A stretch of DNA of 62,064 bases, counting the filler, from Desulfonatronovibrionaceae bacterium (GTDB lineage: Bacteria > Desulfobacterota > Desulfovibrionia > Desulfovibrionales > Desulfonatronovibrionaceae): the NCBI GenBank assembly GCA_046539845.1. It is 5 parts of 5 records of this genome, joined end to end, with 100 filler letters (N's around TTAATTAATTAA, not from the genome) between each part and the next. Parts side by side here need not be neighbours in the genome. Positions count along the whole stretch, not along the records: positions 50,732 to 62,064 come from JBKHGE010000060.1; 4 more parts are not named here. One strand, written 5' to 3'. This document shows positions 57,945 to 62,064 of the stretch, piece after piece. Position 1 is the stretch's first letter; each line of letters begins with the position of its first letter. The notes under the pieces were generated by a model, which searched no databases, was not told the origin of the DNA, and worked only from the letters and a program-made list of their open reading frames with translations. A program made the translations under genes and the position numbers.

Positions 57945-58305
57945 GTGGTTAAGTGATGCTTATGTGCTTAAGTGGTTAAATGAGGAAGGATTATTATCAC
58001 AGCGTCTGCAGATCTTCGCAGATGAAAAAATATCAGAGATGTTAGCGGGTGGGAAAAGAAAAGAAGAGTTTGCCCGCGAATCACGCGAATAAAAGCGCAG
58101 AAAGACAGTAGCCCGATCAATGGCTAATTTTTAGACTGCCTTTTTTGCCGTGTGCGGCTAAGCAGGGCCGATCTTGTGTGTCGCGCAGCGATACCCGCGC
58201 CAAAGCATATTTTCCTTGGCACTGGGGTTAGAAATTCTTTGTTCTCAATTCCCGCCTCGGCGGCGAGTCCCCCACTAACTATTTAAGCACATAAGCACTT
58301 AACAC
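57945..58305. repeat. Composite non-coding repeat element bounded by inverted 8-mer arrays
   Basis: 57957-57978 and 58276-58297 are inverted (20/22); the interior carries motifs shared with 81-242. Confidence 0.7.
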
Positions 58306-58404
58306 AGCCCCCCAAACAGCCTTTTCTTTCTTGACGGGCATATCTGTTGCGGATACAAAAAAGCGCATTTTATTTTAGTTGGTTGAATATAATTGGTTGT
58401 TTCC

Positions 58405-59205
58405 ATGCTGAACAATTTTCTTTTTCCAGTGGATTCCAAGGTCTCCACTCAGGCCATTTTGGGCCAGGCGGAACTTATCAAGAGTTTTGAACCGGAAAAG
58501 GTATTCCTCTTGTATGTGGCGCCCGGGGAGACCAAACGCATTAATAGAAAGCTGGACGCCATTGAAGAAGGGATGCACAAACTGGATTTGGCTGTAGAGC
58601 GCCAGATCCGTATCGGGCATGTCCCCAGCCAGATTGTTGCCGCCGCAGAGATCAGCCAAAGCGTTATCTGCTTTGTCAAAAAGAGGATGAATCCCTTGCG
58701 CAAGGCCCTGGCCGGGAGTGTCCTGAGCGATGTGGTCCGCATGAGCGACCAGCCGGTCCTTATTTACAGAAAAGGCCTGTTTTCCTTGGCCGGACAGAAA
58801 TTGCGCAGCAGCATGTATGCCACGGACTTCATGTATTCTGACTATAAGTGCCTGCAGTATATAAAACATCCCGCATTCAAGGCCAAGCGGCTCATCCTCC
58901 TCCATGTCGGACAACGGGCCCCGGACCCGGAGACGGAGAAGAAGCGTTTGGACAATGTGTATAAAAACCTGGAGCGTTTGGCAGAAGAGTGCCGGGACAA
59001 TTTCGAGGAAATCGAGAAACGGGAAGTCCTGGGGCTGGGCGTGGTCCATAAGATCCTGTCCCATGCCCGTAAAAGCACTGTAGATCTTTTGGTTGTGGGC
59101 AAACTGGACGCCCCGGGGATTGTCAGCCATCTGACCGGCTCTACCGCCGAGGCCATATACAACCGGGCATCCTGCTCAGTGCTTATCATTCCCAACAGCA
59201 AATAG
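58405..59205 (+). CDS. Tandem-domain universal stress protein
   Basis: LFPVDS, GSVLSDVVR..DQPVL, YATDF and TGSTAEAI....CSVLI motifs. Confidence 0.85.
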   Translation: MLNNFLFPVDSKVSTQAILGQAELIKSFEPEKVFLLYVAPGETKRINRKLDAIEEGMHKLDLAVERQIRIGHVPSQIVAAAEISQSVICFVKKRMNPLRKALAGSVLSDVVRMSDQPVLIYRKGLFSLAGQKLRSSMYATDFMYSDYKCLQYIKHPAFKAKRLILLHVGQRAPDPETEKKRLDNVYKNLERLAEECRDNFEEIEKREVLGLGVVHKILSHARKSTVDLLVVGKLDAPGIVSHLTGSTAEAIYNRASCSVLIIPNSK

Positions 59206-59207
59206 TT

Positions 59208-60743
59208 ATGCCGGTGTTTATAAAAAGAAATATTGTCTTTCTCCTGGCTTTGGCCGTTTCCCTGGCTGTAGTGGGCCTCGGGGTCTATTCCCCGGATATG
59301 CTCGATTCCGGCTCTCAAAAGGTACACAGTCTGATTATCGACAATTTCGGCTGGGGCTATCTTTTGTCCACTCTTTTTTTTCTGGTCTTTAGCCTGGGCG
59401 TGGCTTTGAGCAGCTTCGGGAATCTCAAGCTGGGACAGGATCATGAAAAGCCTCAGTACAGCTATTTCGGTTGGTTCAGCATGCTTTTTGCTGCCGGCAT
59501 GGGGATCGGGCTTATCTTTTGGGGAGTGGCCGAACCCCTGAGCCATTACGTCCGCCCGCCCGCCTACCTGCAGCCTGAATCCGGTGAGGCGGCCGAGTTC
59601 GCCATGCGCCATAGCTTTTTCCACTGGGGTATCCATCCCTGGGCGGTATATATCGTCATGAGCCTGTCCGTGGCTTACTTTTCATTCCGCCGGGGTATGC
59701 CTCCGCTTATCTCCAGCTGTTTTTACCCCTTGTTTGGGGAGCGTATTTTCGGGGCGGTGGGTTATGTAATCGATATCCTTTCTGTTCTGGCCACTGTCTT
59801 CGGGATTGTCACCTCGCTCGGCCTGGGTGCGCTACAGATCACCAGCGGCCTGGCTAGTGTTACCCCTCTGCCGGATACCTTTGCCGCCACTATCGGTGTT
59901 ATTGCGGTGGTAACCGTACTGTTCTTGATCTCCAGCATGACTGGGCTGGACAAGGGGATACAGATTCTCAGCAAGACTAATATACTGCTTGCCCTTTTGC
60001 TTTTGGGGTTTATGCTTGTGGTCGGTCCGACCGCTTATATTCTCAATGTCTTGACCTCGACCATCGGGGGATACTTTTCTTCTTTTCTGGATATGAGCCT
60101 GTCCACCAATCCCTTTCAGGGCTATGAATGGACCAAGGATTGGACCCTTTTTTACTGGGCGTGGTGGATATCCTGGGCCCCGTTTGTCGGACTGTTCGTG
60201 GCCAGTATCTCTCGGGGGAGGACAGTGCGCGAGTTTGTCCTCGGGGCTATGGCGGTTCCCACCCTTTTGACCTTTGTCTGGTTCAGTGTTTTCGGCGCAA
60301 CCGGCCTGCATCTGGAGACCGTGAGCAATCAGGGCTTTGCCGACCGGGTCGCGGACAATGTGTCCGTGGCCCTTTTTGAACTCTTTTCCTTCTATCCATT
60401 AAGCGCGCTTTTGACCGGGATAGCCGTGCTTTTACTGATGGTCTTTTTTATTACTTCCGCGGACTCGGCCACCTATGTCTTGGCTATGATGACCTCGGGT
60501 GGAGAATTACGCCCCAAGAATTGGAAAAAGATCATCTGGGGGGTAACGGTCTCGGCAACCGCAAGCATTCTTCTTTTCTCCGGCGGACTGGATGCCCTGC
60601 AAAGGATGTCCATTACCGCTGCCCTGCCTTTTACCGCGATCATGCTCCTTTTGTGCTACTGTCTGTGGCTGGGCATGCGCTATGAATGGCGCAAGCCCCA
60701 CAAAAAGGTGATCGAATTCGACGCCGCTTCCGACTCCGAATAG
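59208..60743 (+). CDS. BCCT family transporter (glycine betaine type, probably Na+-coupled)
   Basis: MLFAAGMGIGL, FHWGIHPW, Trp box WTLFYWAWWISWAPFVG and FITSADS motifs. Confidence 0.92.
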   Translation: MPVFIKRNIVFLLALAVSLAVVGLGVYSPDMLDSGSQKVHSLIIDNFGWGYLLSTLFFLVFSLGVALSSFGNLKLGQDHEKPQYSYFGWFSMLFAAGMGIGLIFWGVAEPLSHYVRPPAYLQPESGEAAEFAMRHSFFHWGIHPWAVYIVMSLSVAYFSFRRGMPPLISSCFYPLFGERIFGAVGYVIDILSVLATVFGIVTSLGLGALQITSGLASVTPLPDTFAATIGVIAVVTVLFLISSMTGLDKGIQILSKTNILLALLLLGFMLVVGPTAYILNVLTSTIGGYFSSFLDMSLSTNPFQGYEWTKDWTLFYWAWWISWAPFVGLFVASISRGRTVREFVLGAMAVPTLLTFVWFSVFGATGLHLETVSNQGFADRVADNVSVALFELFSFYPLSALLTGIAVLLLMVFFITSADSATYVLAMMTSGGELRPKNWKKIIWGVTVSATASILLFSGGLDALQRMSITAALPFTAIMLLLCYCLWLGMRYEWRKPHKKVIEFDAASDSE

Positions 60744-60967
60744 GTCGGATCACAGAGCCGGTTTTCCCCTGCAGATCCAATTTTTCCCCTTCGGATTTTC
60801 TGTACTGGCAGACCGTTTTTGGGGAATTCGACCCTTATTGTACGTGTATTCAGACAGGGGTCCGTTAGGTGGTCAGGGTATTGACTTGCCTTTATCCGGG
60901 TTTAAGTTTATTTTTGTTACATAGGCTGGAGAATGTTTCAAAGTATAACAGATTTTTGGAAATAAGC

Positions 60968-62011
60968 ATGGACAATAGGCCCAGGAGCACAAAAGACGGA
61001 TCGGGTCAGACCCTCCTTAGTTCTGATAATAATCGTTTTGGGGATAGGGGTTTTGAGCCCTTATCCGGAAGTAAGCCCAGGATCGTCGGCGAGACACCGG
61101 GCATTTTGGAAGTCAAAAAGTTGATTTCCAAAGTGGCCTCTTTGGACTGTACAGTGTTGATAAGCGGGGAGACCGGGACCGGCAAGGAGCTGGTGAGCCG
61201 GGCCATACATCAGAAAAGTTCCAGGGGCAGAGGGAAGTTTTTGGCCATAAACTGCAGCGCATTTGGTCAGGACCTTTTGAATAACGAGCTGTTTGGATAT
61301 GAAAGGGAGACTTATTCCGGGAATGTTCGGATCAAAAAGGGGCTTTTCGAAGCCGCTCAAGGCGGCACCATTCTTTTAGATGAGATATGCGAGACCCCAC
61401 CGGCCATGCAGACCCATCTTTTGCGGGTTTTGGAGGACAAACTGATAATCCGTTCCGGAGGGACCGAGGAAATCCCGGTGGATGTCCGGGTCCTGGCGGC
61501 CACCAACCAGAGGCTGAGCAAAAAAATGGAGGACAGAGAGTTCAGGCGGGACCTCTATTACCGTTTAAATACCTTTGTCCTGCGTATTCCCCCGCTACGG
61601 GAGCGCAAGGAGGACATCCCCCTTCTGGCCAATTTTTTTCTGGGTAAGTATCGCAAGGAATACGGCAAGGATATAGACCGCATTTCCGGAGAAGCCATGC
61701 AAGTGCTCATGGATTATTCCTTTCCCGGAAACGTCCGTGATTTGGAGCATGCCATAGAAAGGGCGATAATAGTCAGTGAAGAACGGGAGATCCTGCCCGA
61801 GCATCTGCCGCAGAGATTCAAGGGGCAAGATGTTGGGGGGGGGGGCAAGGAGGAAGAAACCGAATTCGTCACCCTGGCGGAGCTGGAAAAGGATTATATA
61901 CGCAGGGTTTTAGGACACACCCGGGGAAACAGAAATGAGGCCGCCCGTATTTTGGGGATAAGCCGCACTTCTTTGTGGCGGAAACTAAAGGAAGACGAAA
62001 CGTTCAATTGA
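60968..62011 (+). CDS. Fis-family bEBP-like AAA+ regulator lacking a sensor domain and the GAFTGA motif
   Basis: GETGTGKE, LLDEI, FRRDLYYRL, FPGNVRDL and Fis HTH (AARILGISRTSLWRKLK); ETYSGN occupies the GAFTGA position. Confidence 0.88.
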   Translation: MDNRPRSTKDGSGQTLLSSDNNRFGDRGFEPLSGSKPRIVGETPGILEVKKLISKVASLDCTVLISGETGTGKELVSRAIHQKSSRGRGKFLAINCSAFGQDLLNNELFGYERETYSGNVRIKKGLFEAAQGGTILLDEICETPPAMQTHLLRVLEDKLIIRSGGTEEIPVDVRVLAATNQRLSKKMEDREFRRDLYYRLNTFVLRIPPLRERKEDIPLLANFFLGKYRKEYGKDIDRISGEAMQVLMDYSFPGNVRDLEHAIERAIIVSEEREILPEHLPQRFKGQDVGGGGKEEETEFVTLAELEKDYIRRVLGHTRGNRNEAARILGISRTSLWRKLKEDETFN

Positions 62012-62064
62012 CCGGTTTAATTATCCCGGCCCCTAGAGTTGGGCAACCAAACCCCGCCCGGGGC

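Overview
This window is not one locus. It is five unlinked contigs (1-12931, 13032-25786, 25887-38562, 38663-50631, 50732-62064) joined by identical 100-bp artificial linkers (N44-TTAATTAATTAA-N44) in decreasing length order, typical of a concatenated draft or metagenome-assembled genome. Gene content suggests a Desulfovibrionales-like deltaproteobacterium, possibly salt-adapted (inference). Contig 1: MBL hydrolase, PfpI, a two-gene permease, vWA-OmpA, cysteine desulfidase, yedF-mqnA, Ktr/Trk K+ uptake and uvrC. Contig 2: a phosphorelay plus a chemosensory cluster (cheB, MCP-like, STAS, cheY, cheA, cheR, cheD). Contig 3: a DEAD-box helicase with a long structured leader, a type IV/MSHA-like pilus operon and a GxxExxY gene. 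Contig 4: hybrid kinases, AI-2E and EamA transporters, and a mycobacterial-type polyprenyl-phospho-arabinose pathway (PRPP transferase, GtrA, DprE1, DprE2) divergent from a GT-C transferase. Contig 5: tmRNA, fliK-flgD-flgE, a Maf protein, flaG, and USP-BCCT-Fis AAA regulator genes. Best candidates for something new: (1) a GxxExxY nuclease-fold gene bracketed by identical 55-bp direct repeats, whose gene-less 240-bp relative with inverted ends and covarying hairpins lies on another contig, which looks like an autonomous/non-autonomous mobile element pair; (2) the arabinofuranose-donor operon with its divergent GT-C; (3) the switch-like structured helicase leader. All protein calls come from motif recognition by eye; no database searches were run.
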